DNA from: Octopus sinensis | Lineage: Eukaryota | Assembly: GCF_006345805.1 (NCBI RefSeq) | Contig: NC_042998.1 | Coordinates: forward strand, 122,512,001 to 122,576,000 | DNA: 64,000 nt | Reading direction: 5' to 3' | Shown here: piece after piece, positions 14,932 to 26,082 of the stretch | How the letters are laid out: every line of letters starts with the position of its first letter | Numbering within the stretch: position 1 is the stretch's first letter | Position numbers and translations under genes: made by a program | The notes under the pieces: generated by a model | Database searches by the model: none | What the model was told of the DNA's origin: nothing | Seen by the model: the letters and a program-made list of their open reading frames with translations, nothing else

Positions 14932-14980
14932 TGTGTACAGTGCTCAGGTGCACTACAACTCATCTAAAGTGTATATATAA

Positions 14981-17746
14981 TCAGGTGTAGTTTCGGCGGA
15001 TTTCGGAAAGCATGAGGGCCTTAAAAGATGCAGTGTCATGGCAGTCAACAACTGACGCAGGCAGTTTATTCCATGCTTCAGCAACTCTGAGCGTGAAAAA
15101 ATGTTTCCGAAAGTCATGGGAGCTGTATTGTTTTCTGACTTTGTAGGCATGTCCACGTGTGTTAGACACATGGAGATCAAAAAGGTGTTCAGTGTTGTTG
15201 TTGGTGAGGTGGTTGATAACTTTGTGGGTGTTTACCAAGTCCGTCGCCAAACGCCGGAGCTTCAGTGAATCCATGCCCAGGGAAACAAGGCGCTCAGAAT
15301 ATGGTAGGTGTCTGATGGAGGGTATGCGTTTGGTTGCACGTCTCTGGACAGATTCCAGGAGGTCAATGTTCTGTGCAAGATAGGGGTTCCAAACTGATGA
15401 TGCGAATTCCAAGTGTGGTCGTACCATAGCTGTATACAGTTTTAAATAGATGGCTGGAGAGCGGCTAACAAAAGACCTGCTGAGTGATGCCAAGACACCC
15501 TCGGCCTTCCTGACAATCTTAGAGATATGCTTTGACCAACGCAAATCACTGCTGACAGTGATGCCTAGATCACGCTCGCAAGAGGATTTCTTGATATCAG
15601 TGTTGTGGAGGGAGTAAGTGAACGCAGGGTTTTTTCTCCCAAAATGCATGGTGGTACACTTGTCCACAGCCAGTTTCAGTTGCCAGTCTGTGATCCATTG
15701 CTGCATTGTGTCTAGGTCTGATTGCAGGAAAGAGTTGTAGACATCAGGATCTGTCCTCTTGATTTCAAGGTACAGCTTGATGTCGTCTGCATATTTCAAT
15801 ACTGTGGCATTCTTTAAATTGGCATCTATGTCTTTAATGTATGCCACAAACAAGAGGGGACCAAGGACAGATCCCTGTGGTACACCCGATGACATCTCAT
15901 ATGGTGTAGAGTGCTGTCCTAGAACTATGACTACCTCCTTTCGGCTGAGGATGAAGGATTTCAACCAGTTAAAAAGGTCATCCCCCACACCCATTGCAGA
16001 GAGTTTCACCATAAGCCTTTTGTGTGGCACAGAGTTGAAAGCCTTAGCAAAGTCAAGGTAGACAACATCCACCCATGAGCCACTGTCAGTAATCTGAGTA
16101 ATGTCCTCAAGGAACTCGACAAGCTGGTCACTGCAGCTGGAGTTAGGGACAAATCCATATTGTGAGGGTCGGATGAGACTGTGAGAGCTCCAGAAGTTCC
16201 AGAGTGTTTCTCTGACACACGATTCCATCAGTTTTGCAATACAGCTAGTGAGACTGACTGGGCGATAGTTGACAGGTGATGTGCGGTCGCCCTTTTTGAA
16301 CAGAGGAATGACACTGGCAGTTTTCCACTGCTCCGGAGTAGCACCATTGTTGAGACAGTACTGGAAGAAAATAGAAAGCTGGTGTAAAAGGAAGTGCCTG
16401 CCACGTTTGAGAAGCAGGTATGTAACTCCATCGAGACCAGGGGAGGCATAGTTGCGCTTATTTTGAAGGTGACGTCGCAGCATTGCAGGTGTAAATTCCA
16501 TAGTTGTTATGGAGTTTGCTGTTAGTGATGGTGAAGATGGTACATTTTGACTTTCAACAGTGAATATGTTTGCATAGCACTCGGCAATGAGTTCTGCGCA
16601 TTCCTTGGGGTCGTCAGTGATCTGGTTTGTGTGAGGGTTGCGAAGAGGGCCCACTGGAGAGTGAGGTCTCTGCTTTGAGTGCACATATTTCCAGAAAACC
16701 TTGCTGTCAGGATTGGCTGCTATGCACTGTTCAAATTCAAGCACTGCTTTTTTTGTCACTTGCTTGAGATGGTTGGAGGATTTATTCCGCTTCTTCCTGT
16801 TGGTGTCTGATTTATGCAACCTGTATTCCCGTTCAGCAGTCCGACGTTCCCTCCTGGCAAGTCGGACCGCTGAAGTTTCCCAAATTGCCCTTTTGGGGCG
16901 GTTCTTCTTTTTTTGTTTACGTGGCACTGATGCTGCACATGCTGCCCATATTGAGTCCAGGATACTCTGGAGTATAGTATTCACATCTCCAGAGTTGTAG
17001 AATTCACGCCAGTTTGGGTGCTGTAGTTCAGTGTGGTACAGGTTCCAATCTGCTCTCTTCCAATCGAAGGAAGCAGATTGGAGATGGTTCAGGTTTTTGT
17101 TGCCCGCAAGAGCCAGATTGGCGATGATCATAGCATGATCAGAGTCACCTAGAGGTTCCTTCGTAGTGCAATTGATAACCGCTTCAGGAGTTGTGGTGAA
17201 GAGCAGCTCCAAGGTGTTGTCGCCTCTTGTTGGAGAGGTGACTACTTGTGACCAGTTTAAGTCCAGCACAAGCTCAACAAAATCGTTTGCACTCTGTGGC
17301 CAATGGAAGGTCTCCCAATCGATCTCAGGATGATTGAAATCGCCTGCAATAAACACATAAGTGGCTGTTTTCCTGGCAGCAGCTCGGAGGACATTGCAAA
17401 GCTGTGTGTCCCCATGGTAACTTGGGGGACGATAAACAACGCCAAGCAGGAGTGTTGACATGGTCATACGCACGTCACAGAAAAAAACTTCTTCTTGTGA
17501 TTCGTTCAAATCGGCACAAGGAATTACCAAAAAATTTGAACGAACGTAGACCATCACACCACCACCACGGCGGTTAGTGCGGTCCTTACGGAAGAGGTTG
17601 TACCCCGTAATGTTGAAAACCCCATCACAGAGTAAGGAATGCGCCCATGTTTCCGTGACAGTGATGAAGTCAGGGTCAACACTTCTGACGTAGGCGTTGA
17701 ACAAATGTATTTTGTTGCATAAACTGCGAGCATTTAAGGACAACAA
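14981..17746 (-). CDS. LINE ORF2: apurinic-like endonuclease + reverse transcriptase (921 aa from TTG; frame open from 17830; no ATG before the EN motifs)
   Basis: Motifs LNARSL, TETW, GDFNHP and SDH (EN); SPGLDG, YRPVSLTS, YLDFAKAF, GVPQGSVLGP and YADD (RT). No internal stops. Confidence 0.93.
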   Translation of the reverse strand: MLSLNARSLCNKIHLFNAYVRSVDPDFITVTETWAHSLLCDGVFNITGYNLFRKDRTNRRGGGVMVYVRSNFLVIPCADLNESQEEVFFCDVRMTMSTLLLGVVYRPPSYHGDTQLCNVLRAAARKTATYVFIAGDFNHPEIDWETFHWPQSANDFVELVLDLNWSQVVTSPTRGDNTLELLFTTTPEAVINCTTKEPLGDSDHAMIIANLALAGNKNLNHLQSASFDWKRADWNLYHTELQHPNWREFYNSGDVNTILQSILDSIWAACAASVPRKQKKKNRPKRAIWETSAVRLARRERRTAEREYRLHKSDTNRKKRNKSSNHLKQVTKKAVLEFEQCIAANPDSKVFWKYVHSKQRPHSPVGPLRNPHTNQITDDPKECAELIAECYANIFTVESQNVPSSPSLTANSITTMEFTPAMLRRHLQNKRNYASPGLDGVTYLLLKRGRHFLLHQLSIFFQYCLNNGATPEQWKTASVIPLFKKGDRTSPVNYRPVSLTSCIAKLMESCVRETLWNFWSSHSLIRPSQYGFVPNSSCSDQLVEFLEDITQITDSGSWVDVVYLDFAKAFNSVPHKRLMVKLSAMGVGDDLFNWLKSFILSRKEVVIVLGQHSTPYEMSSGVPQGSVLGPLLFVAYIKDIDANLKNATVLKYADDIKLYLEIKRTDPDVYNSFLQSDLDTMQQWITDWQLKLAVDKCTTMHFGRKNPAFTYSLHNTDIKKSSCERDLGITVSSDLRWSKHISKIVRKAEGVLASLSRSFVSRSPAIYLKLYTAMVRPHLEFASSVWNPYLAQNIDLLESVQRRATKRIPSIRHLPYSERLVSLGMDSLKLRRLATDLVNTHKVINHLTNNNTEHLFDLHVSNTRGHAYKVRKQYSSHDFRKHFFTLRVAEAWNKLPASVVDCHDTASFKALMLSEIRRNYT

Positions 17747-17802
17747 TTTGTACCCTGCTCGCAGTTTATGATGGTGTGTAGAGGATGGCAGGTTGTTCTG
17801 GC

Positions 17803-19053
17803 TTAGTTTCCCTGAGTTGCTGTAGTCTTTTTAGTTATTGTGGGTAGAGAGCACTCAGACCAGCTGGTATCTCTCTTCCACGTTTCAGCAGTCTTGACAA
17901 ATCTCCAGATTTGTCTATCTTCCCGAAGACTGAAGCTTTCCTGTAGAGCTGAGTTCCTATTCAGGGAAGCCACTACACGTAGCTTCGGACGTACATCGGA
18001 CGGTAAGCCTGGGCGTGTTCGGAAGGTGGTCCGATTTTCCCGCCCAGCTTTAACTGAGGCCAGATGGTAAGAGGTTGCCTCAGTGGGGTCCGTAAAAGAC
18101 AACTTGATGAGCCTAGGTTTTGGGCCAGGTCGTCCAAGGCGGGTAGCACCCGTTGGGGGAACGCAGCCTAGGTCTTTGGCTGAGTTGGCAGCAAAAGCCT
18201 GAAGATCAGCCATGTCTTCTGGTACCCCAATGGCAATGACTTCATGGGTGGCAGAATCCGCGGTCTTAAATGCGACAAGAGGTACAGGTACAGGGAGGTT
18301 CTTTAGCAGAGCATTCCGATAAGACCCCTCATTGTGGAGTCCAACCTGAATGGTTGCTTTTATTCCTGCTACTTCCCCTTTTAAAGCACAGATCGATTGT
18401 TGCAGTTCTGCAAGAACCGCACTGGTCAATTGGTGTTGTTGTTGTTGCTGTTGTTGCTCTGGTTGTGGTTGATTTTGTTGTTGCTGTTGTTGTTGTTGAT
18501 GTTGTTGTTGCTGCTGCTCTGGTTGTGGTTGATTTTGTTGTTGCTGCTGCTCTGGTTGTGGTTGATTTTGTGTGTTGCTGCTGCTCTGGTTGTGGTTGAT
18601 TTTGTTGTTGCTGCTGCTGCTGCTCTAGTTGTTGCTGCTGCTGTGTTGTTGCTGCTGCTCTGGTTGTGGTTGATTTTGTTGTTGCTGCTGTTGCTGTTCC
18701 GCCTCCTCCACGGGAGTGGCAGGGGGAGACACAATCGTCGGTTGTGGAGGCACGCAGGCCTGACACTGAAAAGTCCAAGATTTAAGCTGAACCATCTTCC
18801 AGAGTCTATCCATCATAGCATTATGATGGCTCTTTTTTTGGCCTGGGATCTTCTGAAAGTCCGTGGCACATTGGAGGCAGACAGAGATGAGACATGTCCC
18901 ACATTCGACCCAGCGATTACGGAACGTATTTTCGGGTTCCGTACAGATGTGGCAGGTGTGATTTTCTGGGCAGTGTTCTATTTTAGAGCAGCGACCAGTC
19001 TTATCGCACGCCGCTATGGATTTTACCATGGCGATTCTGTTGGTTCTGGTCAT
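17803..19053 (-). CDS. LINE ORF1 (about 416 aa reconstructed): PHD-like finger, poly-Q linker, coiled coil and C-terminal domain; two compensating frameshifts
   Basis: Track ORFs 18625-19053 and 17803-18429 are in the same frame. Cys pattern CHIC..ECGTC..VCLQC..CQAC. The QQQQNQPQPE repeat has a -1 indel near 18645 and a +1 indel near 18572. Confidence 0.8.
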
Positions 19054-19642
19054 CCGTAGAGACAGAAAATGTAAACAACAATACGATAAAAGTAAAATAT
19101 AAAATATTTGTTTTTGATTCGTTCTTTTTTGTGTATATTCCTTGTTCTTAAATATTGTGTGTGTATATACACATGTTTCGTTCTTTTTTGTGTATATTCC
19201 TTTTTTTCTTAAATATTGCGTGTGTATACATAAAAGTATTTGTGCGTATAGACACGGAGAAAGTTTGTAAACAGAAATGAAATTTTTGATTTTTTTGCAG
19301 TGTAGTCCGTCACATTAAATAGTGTGATTTATTTTCACTCTGCACGTATATACATGTGTGCTACAAGTATCTATGTATGTATGTATGTCACTGCTTTATA
19401 AATTTTGGACGTACTTACTGTCGTTCAACGATTTCTTTTACCCTCAACTACACGTGGTGAATTCTTCCATTGTAGATCTGTGGTGGTCATCGTCGTAATA
19501 TTTTCTCTTTAGTTTCCTCGCCAAATTGATTATACCCTAATCAAACCATTTGTTTGTCTACTTGTGAATGTGTCTTTGTTTTAGTAACATTATCTCCATG
19601 GTTACTTTATCTTCTACGCCGTGAGGATCATATACACAAAAG

Positions 19643-19860
19643 TAATTGTTGTATACAGTGCTCAGGTCACTACAGCTAAGACAAAAAATGCCATTAGGTG
19701 TACTGATGGCGGACTTTGGGAAGTATGGAAGTTTTAAAGGATATAGTGTCTCGACAGCTAACGACCGATGTGGGTAGTTTATTTCAAGCTTCAACAATTC
19801 TGAGCGTAAAGAACTGTTTCCGAAAGTCATGGATGCTGTGTTGTTTTGCCAGACAAATCC
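19643..19860 (-). mobile_element. 5'-truncated, diverged copy of the same CR1 family (3' end only)
   Basis: Translates KQHSIHDFRKQFFTLRIVEA*NKLPTSVVSCRDTISFK..QYT*, matching the ORF2 C-terminus at 14981-15140. Shares the 3' UTR motif ctgagcactgta. Confidence 0.85.
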
Positions 19861-19865
19861 TCCTC

Positions 19866-20350
19866 ATCAATCATCATCATCATCATCTATCCACTACGAC
19901 TATTGTAGTAGATATTGTCATCATTATGATCATCATCGTTTGTTTAACGCCTGTACTTTTCGTGATGGACACAGGTTGCAGTCTTGTATTTAACCAGTTT
20001 TCGCGATCCTGTGCTATATTTTCACAGGACTTTGAATTTATCGTTAGATTTGACTTTGCTATTACTTCACATGTCTTCATCGGTGGCCTTTGCTCTAAAA
20101 ACGACTCATTTCTTTCTCCGTATTCCTTATTTATTCACATGTCATCACCATATTCTCACATTCATCAATTTTGCGTACATCAACTAATGAAGTCAATGAC
20201 CCTTCACTCTCATATCACAAACACTCCACTTTTACAATTGGTTTCTTTCACGTTTCTACAGTATTTTTTTCATTCAATGCTTAAGCCGTATCACGCGCAT
20301 TACGCGCGTTTTTATATAGTTTTATATTCTATACATAGAGAAACACAATA
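19866..20350 (-). mobile_element. Decayed RTE-like LINE 3' fragment with (GAT)n tail
   Basis: SCENIAQDRENW motif typical of RTE C-termini; (TCA)n at 19866-19886. Confidence 0.55.
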
Positions 20351-20477
20351 TGGCTAAGAGATAACACTGCCTTAAATACCTCTAACTCCTATTTTATCAG
20401 CAACAGTTGCATGACAACCAGCTCCAGTACAAATTGTGTACATACATATATACGTACATACATACATACAAACGTAC

Positions 20478-21200
<723 letters not shown>

Positions 21201-21907
21201 TGCATACATACAACTTATCAGCTAACCAACTATCTGCTAATTGTAGGAGACAACTTAAGGAGTTCTTACACTTCATTTCATAAGTCTTCTTACTATTAAT
21301 TACTCCTGTAAATCTAGTGACGAGTACTGCTTATTATTACCAAATAAAGTGACGTTGACATTAAAATTAATGTGAAGAGAGAGAACGTAAATTAGTAGGT
21401 ATGACAAATATCACTAGATCTTGCAGTAAACAAAGAATAAAAGAAATTGATGAAGTATGATACTTATAATTATATATGAAAGGTTGATGATGCGACAAAA
21501 TCAGTATAGTTTTGGACTAAATACTATTCAATACTTAGTCCCATTCTTCTAATTTCTGAGTTCAACTCATGCGCGGGTTGATTTAGTCTTTCATCATTCT
21601 GGCGTTGATACATTAAGTACTAATCTTGTACTGACTTCGATTCATTGTAAAATATATGTACAGTATATTTGATTTTTAAGGAGGTTAACTCTGTTATTGA
21701 TTCAATGTTTATTTGAGTATGGACTATTTTCTTCATTTTATATATACATCATCCTGGTTGCTGACACAATGCACCCAACGTTTGTCTTCAATCGCTTGTG
21801 AGCTAGGCTACGAATTGAATTTGGAGACGAGATCAGTGGTTACTTTCGAAAAATGTGGTTCTCTAAATAAACACACACGCACACAAACGCACACACACAC
21901 ACGCACA

Positions 21908-21970
<63 letters not shown>

Positions 21971-23833
21971 ATCCACACAGAAATGTCTCTAACTCTTCAC
22001 TGTAACTTTTGTAATTAAATTAAAACAGCGTTGACTGAGACAGTCTGCACCTAATATACACTATTTTTCTTTATATTTCACAAGTAAAAGATAATTATTT
22101 GTAATCCTAAGAAGCTTAGCTATAGTAGTTACAGTATGGCTTGGTAGAAAATTAACAGATAATATTTCTAAAAATGTGAGACAAACAAATGCTAAGAATA
22201 CTGATATGGTCAATTGATTAGACTCACTAGAAAAAATCCCACACATAAGACATAACAGGATAAACCATGCAAAACATAAAATAACGACTTAAGAGACCCC
22301 TTTTTATTATAATATGTTATACTAATTAATTTTCGAAGACTGTTTGCCATAAAAGTCTGTACTATTTACCAAATTTCAGTTATTTCGCATCTCTACAGTT
22401 GAGTTACTTTCTAACTCTCTTCGCCATCTTAATCCTCATCTTTCCATCTCATAGATTTCCAAAATCTTTGCTGTCAGATAAGTAGGACAAAAGAAATGCG
22501 GGAAGCACAGTTCAGTTGTAATTATTTAATACAAACTTTTAAAGAATTTACGACTATAATTTTTATCTGGCCATTATGACTCGTGGCAGCAATACGCGGA
22601 ATGTTGTGCATTTACTGTGAGAATTAGTTGCACTATTAAATAGGATTGCACTAAATCTATGCATGCTTTTATTACCTGCCCTATTATCATTTGGTGCCAG
22701 ATATCAATGAAATTTAAATATGTAAATGAAGCAATCAATGAAGCAATTCCATTTAATGCGACCGAAGATTCATTATATTGGCTAAGGATGAAAAAAGATT
22801 ATGATCTGTGATAAAACCATGTCTCGAAGTATCCTCATATAATTAGAGAATATATATAAAAATCTGTTAATCGAAATTAATTGCTCAGACAGTTGTGCAG
22901 TTCGTCTTATCTTTAAAGACATTCTGTTTCTATTGTATTCTTTAAAAAATCATTTTCCTGTGGTACTTTTCAAGGTTTAATTGATTTGAAATGCACCTGA
23001 CCAGAATTTGATCAGATGATATTTTAATCATATTTAACAGATAGAATTTATTGAAATATTTCATTCAGACGTTATATTTAGTTTAGAATGATAGAATTGA
23101 GGTTTCAAACCAATATATTTCTGCATTCCATTTATGGAAACACATATAATGTTGCAGTATAAAAAAAATCGATTTAAAATGTGAATTTGTATAAAAATTC
23201 CTACCAAGCAAGACTATACATGTATTCATATATGGAACTTATTCGGTTTGTGTTTTACTGTAACTTAGCACTTACATAATTATTGCACCTGTCGTTCAAC
23301 AAGTAAAAGTAAGTTAAAACTTTTGTCACCAGTGAATTCAATATATTTCTGAGCAGTAATAGGAACACATATCTTTACATTAAACCACAGATAAATATAT
23401 TCCATACCGAAGTATAGCATCTTGTATTGTGCAGATTTGGTGCATCAGTAATGGTTTGACGCAATACTTTAAGAACACACAGCTGTAACGATTGAAATTC
23501 GTTAGAGTATTCCTATAATAAAATTCATACTATGAGTTCTCGATTGTATTTTTTAACCAAATGTAGAGTAAATGAAAATTTAAGGAGAATAAAATTTACC
23601 CATTCTATCTTTCTCAAGTTATACTGTCATTTGGAGTTTGAACTGAGCACTGCAAGCTAACGCAACTGTTGTAAAGGTTACAGTACTGTTGTTAAAACTG
23701 TAAGGTGAACCATCTTATAGCAGCTATTTAGAGTTAAGGGCGCATCAAATTGATGCAGGAAAACTCTGATAGGACCGAACTAAAAGACTAAGATATAGTA
23801 GGACATTACTCAAGTACGAACATATATGTATAT

Positions 23834-24040
23834 AATCAAAATAAGCAACAAGGATATCCAGAGGTAATGCAGTACGATCGTTTCATACGACTCCATTTAA
23901 TTGAACAATGCAATCATTACATCAATTTAAAATTTAGAGCAATCTTCAGCTGCACGAAGACATAGAATTTAAATTAAATGGAGTTGCATGAAACGATCGT
24001 ACTGTATTACCTCTGGATATCCTTGTTGCTTATTTTGATT
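23834..24040. repeat. 69-bp inverted repeat with 69-bp spacer, overlapping a hammerhead-like motif
   Basis: 23834-23902 vs 23972-24040 have 3 mismatches. Confidence 0.9.
23868..23955 (-). ncRNA. Candidate type I hammerhead ribozyme
   Basis: GTGCAG-CTGAAGA-(58 nt)-GAAAC-GATC-GTA-CTGCAT: both core halves, palindromic stem III and a 6-bp stem I are present. Stem II is non-canonical. Confidence 0.45.
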
Positions 24041-24138
24041 TTAATCACCTTACTTTGAAATTGTATGGATAATACTGTACTAAATTTTGGTGCCTCAACT
24101 TCAGTACCATATCCATCTGACTCTAAATGTTTCCATAT

Positions 24139-24199
<61 letters not shown>

Positions 24200-24921
24200 A
24201 TGTGTGTGTGTGTGTGTGTGCGTGTGTGTGTGTGAATATGTGCGCATGTGCGTGCGAGTATGTGCATGTATGTATTCAAGTAAAGTTATGTTTACTGTTA
24301 CTGTCACTGTTACAATCGAACGTATTAAATGACTTTACACGAATATATTTTATCCAAGCTGTTTTGTGTGATACCACTTATACGCGCACAGACATATACA
24401 TAAATATATGTATGTGTGTGAGGGAGAGAGTGTGATCCTCCTTGTCCCACGGTTATATATGTCTGTCAGTTATATATGTCTGTTGTTTAGCACCAAGTCA
24501 GTCATATGGTCAAAGTCTTTCTGGTCAAGACCAACCTCTTCCTTTTTTCCGATACGAAATACATATAGTATTATCCATTGTTTGTTTTCGTTTTCTAAGA
24601 TGGTAGTGGGCTATCGAGGAAATATTTGCTGTTGTTTCTAGCAAGCCGAGCGACCATGAGGAGCCTTCCTCATTGATATGTAGATAAAATTCGATCTGTA
24701 ACTATTGCCTTTTTTTAATTCAGATATAATGTATACAGAGCAACATTATGTAATGTACTTATTTTTTTTTTGCCATTTTGTTTCTTGACACAGGTCAACT
24801 CTGATTTAGTTGATATATTGCAATTTGGACTTTCGACGTTTTTATGCACACATATATCCATCCACCCGTCTGTTTGTCTGCCTGATGTCTGTACGCGCTT
24901 TATTCGTCTGCTCGTCAATCC

Positions 24922-24982
<61 letters not shown>

Positions 24983-24989
24983 TCTATCT

Positions 24990-25020
<31 letters not shown>

Positions 25021-25029
25021 CGTCCGTCC

Positions 25030-25061
<32 letters not shown>

Positions 25062-25219
25062 GCCTGCATGCCTGTCTATCTGTCTGTCTGTTCGCTCGTC
25101 CATCTGTCTATGTCTATACTAGAGTAGTATTCATACGTATGTATGTATTTATGTATCTATGTATGTATGCATGTACGTATGTATGAATGAATGTTCTTAT
25201 CTTTTTAGTTTAAGGTTAA

Positions 25220-25885
25220 TACTGACCGACCATCCCCTTGGTAGCAGGGTTGTGAAAAAATGCATTTTTCCTTTCGAAAGAAACTATGGGTCACTGATGA
25301 TATCTTGGATCTATGTAATTTAAGACGGGATCTGAGGAAGTCCAAGCTAACGGGTCAGGATGTAAATCAGCAATACAATGCTGTAAATAGGAAGGTTTGG
25401 AAGAAAATGAGGGAAGCCAAAGAGGAACAGATAGCAGACCAGTGCAAAGCCATCGAAGTTGGGAGAAACAAGGTCAAAAGCAAGATTGCTTATGAAAACC
25501 TCAAAATCCTAACGATAACATCACCACTATCATTGAGAACGATACAGGCTGGCTCCTCACGGAGGAAAGTGACGTCGTCAAAAGATGGTCTGAGTGCTAC
25601 AAAGAGCTTTACAATCACAAATTCAAACATGACAGCAACATCCTGGAGAATTTCAGCAACAAAAATAGAGAATTTGGGGACACTCCAATTCTGAAGGAGG
25701 AAGTCGAAGAGGTAGTGCGCATGCTCAAAGATGAGTAGTCCCCTCGTTTTCTTCTTTACCGATATCAAGGACCTGTTACGCATCATAGAGAACAGAGACC
25801 AGTGGCATCGACTGACTATGAAAGCGTCTAGAGTGGCAGCCCAGTGACTGGCTGCATCAGTTAAGGTATCGTGACGATGATGATA
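25220..25885 (+). mobile_element. Internally deleted RTE (BovB-like) LINE remnant
   Basis: KKLWVTDDILDLCNLRRDLRK..KMREAKEEQIADQCKAIE and PILKEEVEEVVRMLKD (RTE EN-RT linker), joined to the C-terminal IENRDQWHRL and a tgatgatgat tail. Confidence 0.75.
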
Positions 25886-25917
25886 TATATCTATGTATAT
25901 ATCTATCCATCAAGCAG

Positions 25918-25995
<78 letters not shown>

Positions 25996-26004
25996 CATCT
26001 ATCC

Positions 26005-26074
<70 letters not shown>

Positions 26075-26076
26075 AT
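25918..26076. repeat. (TATC)n microsatellite, left flank of the Gypsy-Tx1 composite
   Basis: Direct inspection. Confidence 0.95.
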
Positions 26077-26082
26077 CTAGGG

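Larger units (their letters stand above)
14898..19300 (-). mobile_element. Near full-length CR1-clade non-LTR retrotransposon (ORF1 + ORF2 + short 3' UTR + (ATT)n tail); 5' boundary approximate
   Basis: PHD-like ORF1 and EN-RT ORF2 in tandem. ORF2 C-terminus GHAYKVRKQ..RKHFFTLRVAEAWNKLP is CR1-type, with no RNase H or CCHC. The 3' UTR has the hairpin AGTGC-ACCTGA-GCACT followed by (TAA)n at 14898-14931. A 59-bp tandem repeat lies upstream at 19118-19235. No TSD found. Confidence 0.9.

Noticed and set aside
15159-17445. Short ORFs overlapping CR1 ORF2, Gypsy pol (26669-28046) and Tx1 ORF2 (30433-33110) in other frames or antisense
   Set aside because: Shadow ORFs of GC-richer TE coding sequence; no recognisable domains.
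18270-19059. Leu/Val-rich plus-strand ORFs that look like membrane proteins, and Thr- or Ser/Asn-rich minus-strand ORFs
   Set aside because: Alternative frames of the CAG/CAA repeat in LINE ORF1.
14880-19600. Target-site duplication for the CR1 element
   Set aside because: The sequence flanking the tail (cttagggtta) was not found near the 5' region, so the 5' boundary remains approximate.
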